DNA from: a virus
Lineage: Duplodnaviria > Caudoviricetes
DNA length: 49,500 nucleotides
Reading direction: 5' to 3' (one strand)
IMG/VR virus record: IMGVR_UViG_3300048599_000494
Location: 1-49,500 of that record
Position 1 is the first letter of the stretch. Each line of letters opens with the position of its first letter. The notes under the pieces are model-generated. The model saw nothing but the letters and a program-made list of their open reading frames with translations, did no database searches and had not been told where the DNA came from. Both the position numbers and the translations under genes were made by a program. Shown here piece after piece: positions 1-7,062 of the stretch.

Positions 1-31
1 TCCCATCCCTCTCCACCCGCCCCCCGCCGCA

Positions 32-361
32 TCAGCACGTCGTGCAGGGCTCCCCGCCGATGTCCCCGGCCCCCCCATCCCCCGGCGCCGGCAGCTCGAT
101 CGGGTCGGCGCTCCAGTCGCGGAGCCACGGCGCCGCCTCGCCCGAGCCGGGCGGGAGCGGGAAGCGCCAGACGAAGAACTGGTCACGCCCGACCGGTGCG
201 AAGGGCCGCGGCGGGTGCGCCGCCGGCGTGGGGGCCGCGGGCCGCGGCGACGCGGGCGCGTCGGGGTTGGCCCGGAGCTCGGGCGCCATGAGGCCGAACG
301 TGGCGAGCCCGAGCAGGCCGCCGAAGGCCAGGTACTTTCCGTTTCGCTTCAGGTACGTCAT
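32..361 (-). CDS. Small hypothetical protein with N-terminal hydrophobic/signal segment
   Basis: MTYLKRNGKYLAFGGLLGLATFGL..., GAGGT RBS, conserved in the second copy. Confidence 0.65.
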   Translation of the reverse strand: MTYLKRNGKYLAFGGLLGLATFGLMAPELRANPDAPASPRPAAPTPAAHPPRPFAPVGRDQFFVWRFPLPPGSGEAAPWLRDWSADPIELPAPGDGGAGDIGGEPCTTC

Positions 362-423
362 GGGAACCTCAGGTGAAGGGCCGCGGCGGCAACGCACCGC
401 CGCGGCCCCTTGGGCGAAGTCGT

Positions 424-1392
424 TCACGCGGTCGCGCTCTTGGGGAGCGGTTCGATGTCGGAGAGCCGAAGGGCCTGGGCGGCCTCTTGGGCACGGGAGA
501 ACGAGAGCCGGGCGTAGTGCTCGGTCATGTTGACGTGCGAATGCCCGAGCAGCGCGGAGGACGCGTCGAGCCCCCGGCGATCGCGGATGACCGTGGCCAC
601 GGCGTGGCGGAGCTGGTGGGGCGTCCACACCTCGACGCCGGCCCGCTCGCACGCGCGGCGGATGGACGCCCGCACGACGTTCGGGGCGATGGAGCGGCGC
701 CGGCCGCGGCCAGCGCGGGGGAAGATGGGGTCACGGGGGCACAGCGGGCGCTGCCACCTGCCGAGCACCACCATGGCGTCGGGGTTGAGCGGGATCTCCC
801 GGGGCTTGCCGAGGTGGGCCGTCTTGTGCTGCCGGCACACCAGCCGGTACGCGCCGGCCTGGTCCTCGAGGACGTCCCGGTTCTCGGCCAGGAGCACCTC
901 GCTCAGCCGGGCGCCGGTGAGCATGAGCACCCGGCACACGTCCCCGACGGCGCCGGGGAGGAACGCCAGGGCGGCCCGAACCTGGTCGAGCTCGGCGGGA
1001 CGGACGGGATCGGTCTCGCGGGCCGCGGAGCGGTGCGGGGGGAGAGACCGGACGCAGGAGAGCTCGGCGAGCACGGCCGCGGGGAGCGAGTACTCCTCGA
1101 CCGCCCACCGCGCGAATCGGCGGACGCGGGCAAGCGACTTGTTGATGTACACCCGGGAGAGGTCATCCGCGACAAGGTCGTTCATCCACCCCCGGACGGT
1201 GACGCGGTCGAGGTCGACCAGACGGACGCGGCCCCCCGCGTAGCGCAGGAGCGAGCTGAGGGTGCTGGCGAGATTGAGGTGCTCGCGCGTCGGGGTCCCG
1301 TCCGCGTGGCGGTAGTACACCCTCGCGTGAGCGATGTACAAGGGGACCAGGTCCGCCAGGGTGGCGGGCGTGCGGGCAGCGTTCTGGCGCAT
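424..1392 (-). CDS. int: Tyrosine recombinase / phage integrase
   Basis: Catalytic motifs TGARLSE (R), HKT (K), HQLRH (HxxR), LLGH and TEHY (Y). Confidence 0.95.
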   Translation of the reverse strand: MRQNAARTPATLADLVPLYIAHARVYYRHADGTPTREHLNLASTLSSLLRYAGGRVRLVDLDRVTVRGWMNDLVADDLSRVYINKSLARVRRFARWAVEEYSLPAAVLAELSCVRSLPPHRSAARETDPVRPAELDQVRAALAFLPGAVGDVCRVLMLTGARLSEVLLAENRDVLEDQAGAYRLVCRQHKTAHLGKPREIPLNPDAMVVLGRWQRPLCPRDPIFPRAGRGRRRSIAPNVVRASIRRACERAGVEVWTPHQLRHAVATVIRDRRGLDASSALLGHSHVNMTEHYARLSFSRAQEAAQALRLSDIEPLPKSATA

Positions 1393-1517
1393 TGCCAGGA
1401 GCTCCGGGGTGGACCCTTGTAGATTCGCGGTCCCCCGACCGGGTCCGGTTCGGGGGCAGGCGTCCGGGGTATCAAGCCGGACGCCGGGAGATTAACACCC
1501 ACTTCGGCTGTTTGCAA
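1393..1517 (-). promoter_or_regulatory. Integrase/early-operon promoter and structured 5' leader
   Basis: TTGCAA(1517-1512)-17bp-TAATCT(1494-1489) with extended TG. Hairpins at 1460-1484 and 1432-1456 are conserved in copy 2. Confidence 0.6.
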
Positions 1518-1547
1518 GGCTGGCCCTGAAAAAGGCCCGCTCGGGTC

Positions 1548-2126
1548 TCACCGCTCCCCGCGCACCTCGATGTTCAGCCCGTAGTGCTTGAAGGGCCACG
1601 GCCCGCCGGAGCGGTTCAGGACGATCGCGTGGTACCGGATGCCATCGTCGATGGCGTCGCTGAGCCACGCCGCCGTGTCGGCACCCAGGTACCCGAGCGC
1701 CTGGCCCCGGTGATTGAGCACCAGCACCGCGCACGGATCGACGGGATTATCCGGCTCCTGGACGAGCTGAAGGCGATCGCCCGCCCGGCACCGCCGCACG
1801 AACGCTTGCCGACGCGACCCGTCACGATTTTGGAACTGCACCCCTCGGACCCGCGTGCGGAACCTGAGGTAGTCGCCCTCAAAGCGACCCCGCCGGCTCG
1901 ACTGCCCGGGCTGAGGCCGGGCCGCAGAACCGGACCCGAAACTCATCCCGATGCTCGCCAACGCCAGAATTACCAGCACGGATAAGCCGATCCCACCCCA
2001 GAAGTGGAACGGAGACGCCGGCGGCCAGGATGCCACGGCGACGAGGAGCGTCACCATGCACCAGAGCCAGATGACGGTGATACACCCACCGCGAGCAACA
2101 CTCGCGCCGCACCCTCGATTGCCCAT
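1548..2126 (-). CDS. Membrane-anchored HIRAN-domain protein (cargo/moron)
   Basis: Two N-terminal hydrophobic helices; HIRAN motifs VRGVQF, EPDNPVDPCAV and LGYL. Confidence 0.85.
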   Translation of the reverse strand: MGNRGCGASVARGGCITVIWLWCMVTLLVAVASWPPASPFHFWGGIGLSVLVILALASIGMSFGSGSAARPQPGQSSRRGRFEGDYLRFRTRVRGVQFQNRDGSRRQAFVRRCRAGDRLQLVQEPDNPVDPCAVLVLNHRGQALGYLGADTAAWLSDAIDDGIRYHAIVLNRSGGPWPFKHYGLNIEVRGER

Positions 2127-2150
2127 GTCCCGGCTCCCACTCGCGCGCTG

Positions 2151-2284
2151 AAGAAAAGGCCGCCAGCGCCCGGGTGATAAGTCCGGGCCTGACGGCGTGG
2201 CCTTGCTTGCGGTCTACGGCCGCTCCCGGTTGGCCCCGGGACCCGGCGGGGGGAGCTCCTGGGAAGGAACCCTCGCCGGGGAAA
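2151..2284 (-). ncRNA. Putative structured RNA/terminator trailer 3' of the tRNA fragment
   Basis: Four consecutive hairpins ending in a U-tract. Copy 2 shows loop changes and an extra compensating C-G pair. Confidence 0.5.
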
Positions 2285-2330
2285 GCGGGCGGCGGGATTT
2301 GAACCCGCGACGATCAGCTTGGAAGGCTGA
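2285..2330 (-). pseudogene. tRNA-Gly(TCC) 3' half, att core
   Basis: TCAGC-CTTCCAA-GCTGA anticodon arm, GCGGG-TTCAAAT-CCCGC T arm and CGCCCGC acceptor strand; no normal D arm. Confidence 0.9.
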
Positions 2331-2414
2331 GTCATCGCCCCCTTCTGGGGCCGCCGGGGCTATCCCCGGGGGGTCTCCGACGCCCGATACTTGCGCATTC
2401 ATGGCGCGGGTCAA

Positions 2415-2473
2415 GTGGGACTCGACCGGGGGGACTTTGTCCCGCGGATCTTCGGCGTTCGTGTCCCACGGAT
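2415..2473. repeat. Candidate att arm-type binding repeats
   Basis: TGTCCC(G/A)CGGAT at 2438-2449 and 2462-2473, plus an inverted GTGGGAC at 2415-2421. Confidence 0.45.
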
Positions 2474-2525
2474 TAAGCCGCCCCCATAGGTGCACCGCCA
2501 GTCCCGGGGCGTCTAGGGTGGGGTC

Positions 2526-4058
2526 ATGGCCAAGAAACCACGCACCGCCGCCCCGTCCCCGACACCGCCCGCCCCCGCCGCCACCGAGCGGATCGCCACG
2601 GACATCCTCCCCCTGGCCGTGCCGATCGATTCCCTGCAGCTGGACCCGGCGAACCTCCGCACCCACGGGCCCCGGTCTATCGAGGGCGTGGCCAAGAGCC
2701 TCGAGCGATTCGGGCAGACAAAGCCGATCGTGGTCGACGCCGCCGGCGTGGTGATCGCCGGGAACGGGACCCTCGAGGCCGCCCGCCGGCTTGGCTGGAC
2801 CCGCCTGGCCGTGGTCCGGGCGGACCTGGTGGGCGAGGAGCGGACCGCCTACGCCATCGCGGACAACCGGACCGCCGAGCTGTCCGCCTGGGATGAGGAC
2901 GCGCTCCGGGCCGCCCTGGGCTCGATGGAACCGCCCGCCCGCCTGGCCGCGGGGTACACCGACGCCGAGCTGGCCCAGGTCATGGACGATCCGAAGCGGC
3001 CGATGGCGGAGGACGAAGTCCCGGCGATCCTCCCGGGCCACGTCGCGCTCCCCGGGGAGATCTGGCAGCTGGGGCACCACCGCATCATGTGCGGAAGCTC
3101 CACGAGCCTCGAGGACGTCCACCGCCTGATGGACGGGGAGAAGGCCGCGCTGTGCGCCACCGACCCGCCGTACCTCGTCGACTACACCGGCGAGCGGCCC
3201 GGGAACACCGGGAAAGACTGGTCTGGGACCTACAACGAAGTCGAGATCACCGACGCGGCCGACTTCTTCCGAGGTCTCTTTGCCGCGGTTCTGGAAGTGC
3301 TCGCGCCCCACGCCGCGATCTACTGCTGGCACGCGCACAAGCGGCTGGGCGTGATTCAGACGGTTTGGGCCGAGCTCGGGATCATCGACCACCAACAGCT
3401 CGTCTGGATCAAGCCATCGCCGCTCTTTGGTCCGTCGCTCTACCAGTTCCAGCACGAACCCTGTGTTGTCGGGTGGAGAGAAGGAAGCAAGCCGAGCCAC
3501 GGGAACACCCAGTCCAGCACGGTCTGGATCGTCCCCTGGGACCCGTACACCACGGTGGTGCACGCCGAGGACGCCGACGTCTGGGTCCTGGATTGGGAGG
3601 GCAAGAGCCGGCCGGTGAAGAACGAGCACCCCACGCAAAAGCCCCTGGAGATCTTCGCCCGCCCCATCCGCAAGCACACCCAGCCCGGCGCCCTGGTGTT
3701 CGAGCCGTTCTCCGGCTCCGGCTCCCAGCTCATTGCGGCGCACCGCCTGGGCCGCCGGTGCCGGGCCATGGAGCTCTCGCCAGTGTTCGTCGACGTCGCC
3801 ATCCGCCGTTGGCAGAACCTCACCGGGGAGCCCGCCCGCCTGCTCACGCCGGACGGGCCGGGAATGACCTGGGAAGAGGCCCGGGCCTCGAGGGGCCTAC
3901 AGACCACTCCGGCGCCGGCGGCCGCGGAGAAGGCCCCGTCGCCCCGCGGCCGCAAAAAGAAAAACCCCCCGGCGCCCGCTTCCGCGGACGCCGGGGGGGA
4001 CCCCCGCCGAGCCCTTGCGGGCGCCGGCGGGGATCCTGGAGTGCCGGCCAGTCATTGA
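2526..4058 (+). CDS. ParB/Srx N-domain fused to an N6/N4 DNA methyltransferase (beta class)
   Basis: FGQTKPIVVD..IAGNG..ADNR ParB-like segment; TDPPY, HPTQKP and FEPFSGSGS motifs. Confidence 0.92.
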   Translation: MAKKPRTAAPSPTPPAPAATERIATDILPLAVPIDSLQLDPANLRTHGPRSIEGVAKSLERFGQTKPIVVDAAGVVIAGNGTLEAARRLGWTRLAVVRADLVGEERTAYAIADNRTAELSAWDEDALRAALGSMEPPARLAAGYTDAELAQVMDDPKRPMAEDEVPAILPGHVALPGEIWQLGHHRIMCGSSTSLEDVHRLMDGEKAALCATDPPYLVDYTGERPGNTGKDWSGTYNEVEITDAADFFRGLFAAVLEVLAPHAAIYCWHAHKRLGVIQTVWAELGIIDHQQLVWIKPSPLFGPSLYQFQHEPCVVGWREGSKPSHGNTQSSTVWIVPWDPYTTVVHAEDADVWVLDWEGKSRPVKNEHPTQKPLEIFARPIRKHTQPGALVFEPFSGSGSQLIAAHRLGRRCRAMELSPVFVDVAIRRWQNLTGEPARLLTPDGPGMTWEEARASRGLQTTPAPAAAEKAPSPRGRKKKNPPAPASADAGGDPRRALAGAGGDPGVPASH

Positions 4059-4438
4059 TCGGGCTCGAGGCTCACCTCCGCCATTGGGGGCCGGCTTCCC
4101 GACTCGGGATCAACACCAGCGCCCGATCGATTTTCAAATGCCCCCATCGCCTCACCGCACTTCTTCACGAACTCGCCGATGGTAAGCGTTCCGGCCCGGG
4201 GAGCCGGAGCCGGGAGTACGACCACGCCCGCGAGCCGCTCGGCGCACCGCCCCTGGCGGAGCGCGATCACGAACTGGCGGTCCGTCATGCGCGGGCGCCC
4301 CACGCGGGCCGCCCGCATCTCCACCGCGAACTTCACCAGCGCCGGGTCGAGGCGGCCGGGGCCATAGAGGTCGGCCTCGGGGCCGTTCGTGCGGGCCCAC
4401 CGCCACGCCCGCTGCCATTGGATCTTGGCGTCCTTCAT
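4052..4438 (-). CDS. Hypothetical protein
   Basis: ATGA coupling to the upstream ORF, GGAGG RBS. Confidence 0.55.
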   Translation of the reverse strand: MKDAKIQWQRAWRWARTNGPEADLYGPGRLDPALVKFAVEMRAARVGRPRMTDRQFVIALRQGRCAERLAGVVVLPAPAPRAGTLTIGEFVKKCGEAMGAFENRSGAGVDPESGSRPPMAEVSLEPDQ

Positions 4439-4689
4439 TCCGCGTCCTCCTGGGCACGGAGCAGAATGCCCTCCTCGCCGCTCCGGATCCGGACCGCCGG
4501 GACACACCAGCCGATCGTGTTGGGACGTGAGAGCCGCCACCAGCTCCCGTTCGGGGCCTGGGCATAGTGCCGGATGACGCGCCCATCGGGGTAATCGACG
4601 GGCAGCGCGACCGCCGACACCGCCACGACGACACCCTCGGGGTTCCAGAGAACGCGGACGTCTTCACGCGGGAGATCAGCGATCGTCAC
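4435..4689 (-). CDS. Hypothetical protein
   Basis: GTGA/ATGA overlaps on both sides; globular composition. Confidence 0.6.
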   Translation of the reverse strand: MTIADLPREDVRVLWNPEGVVVAVSAVALPVDYPDGRVIRHYAQAPNGSWWRLSRPNTIGWCVPAVRIRSGEEGILLRAQEDAE

Positions 4690-4961
4690 GCCGCACCCCC
4701 AATCCGCACCATCGCCCCCGCGTCGTTCATGACGTGGGTCGCCCGAGCCATCGGCTCGAATTCGTGCGAGAAGTCCGCCTGGTTGACCTTGGCCTCGGCC
4801 TCGGCCGGGCTCGACGCCAGGACGCGGGTAGAGCCCCAGGATCCTCCCCGGCCCTGGAACTCCACGCGGTACATCGTGTCGTTGGAAGCGGCCTCCGGCC
4901 AGGGGTTGATGCCCATGTCCGCGGCCACCTGACGGAACGCGCTCAGCGTTGCATCGTTCAT
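4686..4961 (-). CDS. Hypothetical protein
   Basis: AGGAG RBS; first gene of a three-gene coupled operon. Confidence 0.65.
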   Translation of the reverse strand: MNDATLSAFRQVAADMGINPWPEAASNDTMYRVEFQGRGGSWGSTRVLASSPAEAEAKVNQADFSHEFEPMARATHVMNDAGAMVRIGGAA

Positions 4962-5103
4962 CTTCGACTCCTGCCCTTTCGGGCCCCCCTACCTGTCACA
5001 CCGGTAGGCCGCGGCCCGCGAGACGTCGCGGGCACCCCCATGTGTTACCATCCCCCCATAGCAGTAGCAAGGCGATCGCGCGTCATTTCAGATGGATTTT
5101 TCC

Positions 5104-5454
5104 ATGCCAAACCGACCACCCCGAGTCTGTGCCGAACCCGGATGCGGCGCCGTGACGCGGAGCGGACCGCGCTGCCCCCGCCACACCCGCCAGCGCCCCG
5201 CCTGGCCCCACCGGAAGGACGCCGCGGCCCGGGGCATGGGCTGGGCCTGGACCAACACCCGCCGGAAGATCCTCGCGCGGGACACCGTGTGCACGATCTG
5301 CCGACGCATGCCGGCCACCACGGTCGACCACATCACGCCGCGGTCGGCCGGGGGCACCGATGACCCCGCGAACCTCCGCGGGGTGTGCAAGCCCTGCCAC
5401 GCCGAAAAGACGAAACGGGAGTCCGCCGCTGGGCGACGGGCCTCCCGCTCGTGA
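5104..5454 (+). CDS. HNH endonuclease, HK97 gp74-like packaging type
   Basis: CAEPGC..CPRH N-terminus, CTIC..VDHITPRSAGGTDDPANLRGVCKPCHAEKT. Confidence 0.9.
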   Translation: MPNRPPRVCAEPGCGAVTRSGPRCPRHTRQRPAWPHRKDAAARGMGWAWTNTRRKILARDTVCTICRRMPATTVDHITPRSAGGTDDPANLRGVCKPCHAEKTKRESAAGRRASRS

Positions 5455-5590
5455 CGGCACCTCCCTCAAGGTGCCGTCGCTCCGCGCGCCGACTTCAGGA
5501 GCACGGGCCGCCGACGGGATGCATCCCGCGCCGGCGGCCCGGTGGGTTCAAAGCGGCGAGGGCCCACGACAAAGGGGTCTTCGCCGCCAG
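5451..5590. terminator. Hairpin cluster between convergent transcription units
   Basis: GACGGCACCT-ccctca-AGGTGCCGTC and further GC stems (GGGCCGCCG..CGGCGGCCC; GGCGAGGGCCC..GGGTCTTCGCC). Confidence 0.5.
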
Positions 5591-5598
5591 CGAATGGT

Positions 5599-5958
5599 TC
5601 AGGGGGTCTGCGACTGGTCGACGGCGTGGAAGGTGACCGACGCGCTGGCGGACCAGGTGACCTGGAGATTTCCGTTCCCGTCGTTGTACGCCGCGGGGAA
5701 GGGGCCGATGAGCTTCTGAGCGCCGGCACCGACCGCCACCACGACGTTGCTCACGGTCTGCGCCGGGTAGGTCGAGTCGCCCCCACGCGAGGTGACCTGG
5801 GCGGCGACGGTGACGTTGATGGAGCCGCCGCTCCCGTTGATGACCCACAGCGTGGTATTGAGGCGCTGGTTCGCCACCGAGTCGCCGCCCGCGCTGGCGT
5901 TGTTGGCGGTCATGGTGGTGCCGGTGATCGCGGCGCGGGACGGGGTGATCTGTGCCAT
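5599..5958 (-). CDS. Small beta-rich putative virion structural protein
   Basis: Thr/Ser/Gly/Val-rich; has its own promoter box and RBS; ends the tail gene block. Confidence 0.7.
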   Translation of the reverse strand: MAQITPSRAAITGTTMTANNASAGGDSVANQRLNTTLWVINGSGGSINVTVAAQVTSRGGDSTYPAQTVSNVVVAVGAGAQKLIGPFPAAYNDGNGNLQVTWSASASVTFHAVDQSQTP

Positions 5959-6027
5959 GGTCGATGCCTCCGTGCATTCAAGGTGCCGATGCGCGGCACA
6001 CTAGACCGCCCCGCCCCCCGCGTCGAT

Positions 6028-6264
6028 TCAGCGCACCAGGATGGAGTCCATGTCCACGGCGTCGCGGATCACGGTCCGCTTCGCGCACGCCGGGACCTCG
6101 GGGGCCTCGGCCGCCCGCGGGATCCCGAAGGCCTGTCCCGCCGCCAGGACGAGCCCTGAGGCCCGCCGGTCGTACGTGGGCTCGAGGACGGCCGCGCCGC
6201 CGCGGATCGTCCTGGCGAGCTCGTCGGCCCCGGGGAAGAGGCTGGATCGTTCGTCCGTGCTCAA
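6028..6264 (-). CDS. Hypothetical protein
   Basis: GAGGTG RBS; fills the gap in the operon. Confidence 0.5.
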   Translation of the reverse strand: MSTDERSSLFPGADELARTIRGGAAVLEPTYDRRASGLVLAAGQAFGIPRAAEAPEVPACAKRTVIRDAVDMDSILVR

Positions 6265-6272
6265 TGGTCACC

Positions 6273-7028
6273 TCACCAGATAAACGCCACCCCGCCCGTC
6301 CCGCCGTCGAACCCCGCCGCCGCGCCGCCGGATCCGAACCCGCCGCCGCCCCACGGGGGCGTCCCGCCGGCGATCGCCGCGGCGATCGAGGACGCCCCGC
6401 CCGCCCCGCCTCGAGCGCCGCCCGAGACGCCGGCGCCGCCCTGGATGTTGATGTGCCCGCCCGACGCTCCCCCACCGCCGCCGCCGAACCGCGTCCCGCC
6501 GCCCACTCCGCCGCCCCCGCCACCGCCGATGATGACCGTGGTGCCGTCGTCCACCGAGGAGTTGCCGGCCGTGCTCCCGTCCGCGTCCCCCACGCCCACG
6601 GCGCCGCCGACGCCGGACGCCCCTACGACCACCGCCACGCCCGCGCCCGGGGTCTGCCCGGTGTAGAGCCGGAGCGCGGTTCCGCCGCCGCCGCCGCCCC
6701 CGCCGTGGTCCCCGCCCGTCCCGGCGCTCGTGAACCCGCCGCCGCCCCCGCCGCCGATCGCCACCGCCCAAAAATGCGTCACGTTGTCGGGGACGGTGAA
6801 CGTGTACGAGCCGGGCGTGGTGTACACCACTACCCCGTGGCGGGTCTGGTTCATGGGCACGAGCCCGTCCGCGTCCAGGGACGCCACGCCGCTCGCCTGG
6901 CCGCGGCCGGCGATCACCGCCGCGAGATCCTGGAGCCCGCTGTACAGGTCCCCGCGCGCCGTCGCCGGCGAGTCGGTCCCGTTATCGACGTTGGTGGTGG
7001 CGAAGGTGGGGGATGCTGGCCAGGTCAT
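6273..7028 (-). CDS. Glycine-rich tail fibre protein
   Basis: YTTPGSYTFTVP..AIGGGGGGG motif and many Gly runs; GVASLDADGLVP fibre motif. Confidence 0.8.
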   Translation of the reverse strand: MTWPASPTFATTNVDNGTDSPATARGDLYSGLQDLAAVIAGRGQASGVASLDADGLVPMNQTRHGVVVYTTPGSYTFTVPDNVTHFWAVAIGGGGGGGFTSAGTGGDHGGGGGGGGTALRLYTGQTPGAGVAVVVGASGVGGAVGVGDADGSTAGNSSVDDGTTVIIGGGGGGGVGGGTRFGGGGGGASGGHINIQGGAGVSGGARGGAGGASSIAAAIAGGTPPWGGGGFGSGGAAAGFDGGTGGVAFIW

Positions 7029-7062
7029 GGTGGCCCACCCTAGAGCCCGCGCCCGCGCGGGT

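Larger units (their letters stand above)
1..1416. repeat. Long direct repeat, copy 1 (partner 46962-48377)
   Basis: Base-by-base similarity with scattered substitutions; 5 aa differences between the two 322-aa integrases. Confidence 0.95.
1..2330 (-). mobile_element. Integrase end of an adjacent, closely related prophage copy
   Basis: 1-~1416 is near-identical to 46962-~48377, and 2150-2330 to 49240-49422, but the cargo gene between them differs. Confidence 0.8.

Noticed and set aside
424-2150. Integron integrase with a gene cassette
   Set aside because: No IntI-specific insertion or attC sites recognised; one gene per slot in a prophage context.
2285-2330. Intact tRNA-Gly gene
   Set aside because: Lacks the normal 5' acceptor strand and D arm at canonical spacing; best read as an att remnant.
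1-2408. Terminal redundancy or assembly overlap of one circular phage
   Set aside because: The copies differ by many synonymous substitutions, diverged promoters and different cargo genes. Disfavoured, but not excluded without reads.
2526-5454. Restriction-modification pair (MTase + HNH)
   Set aside because: The HNH is the small packaging type, and the genes are not adjacent or co-transcribed.
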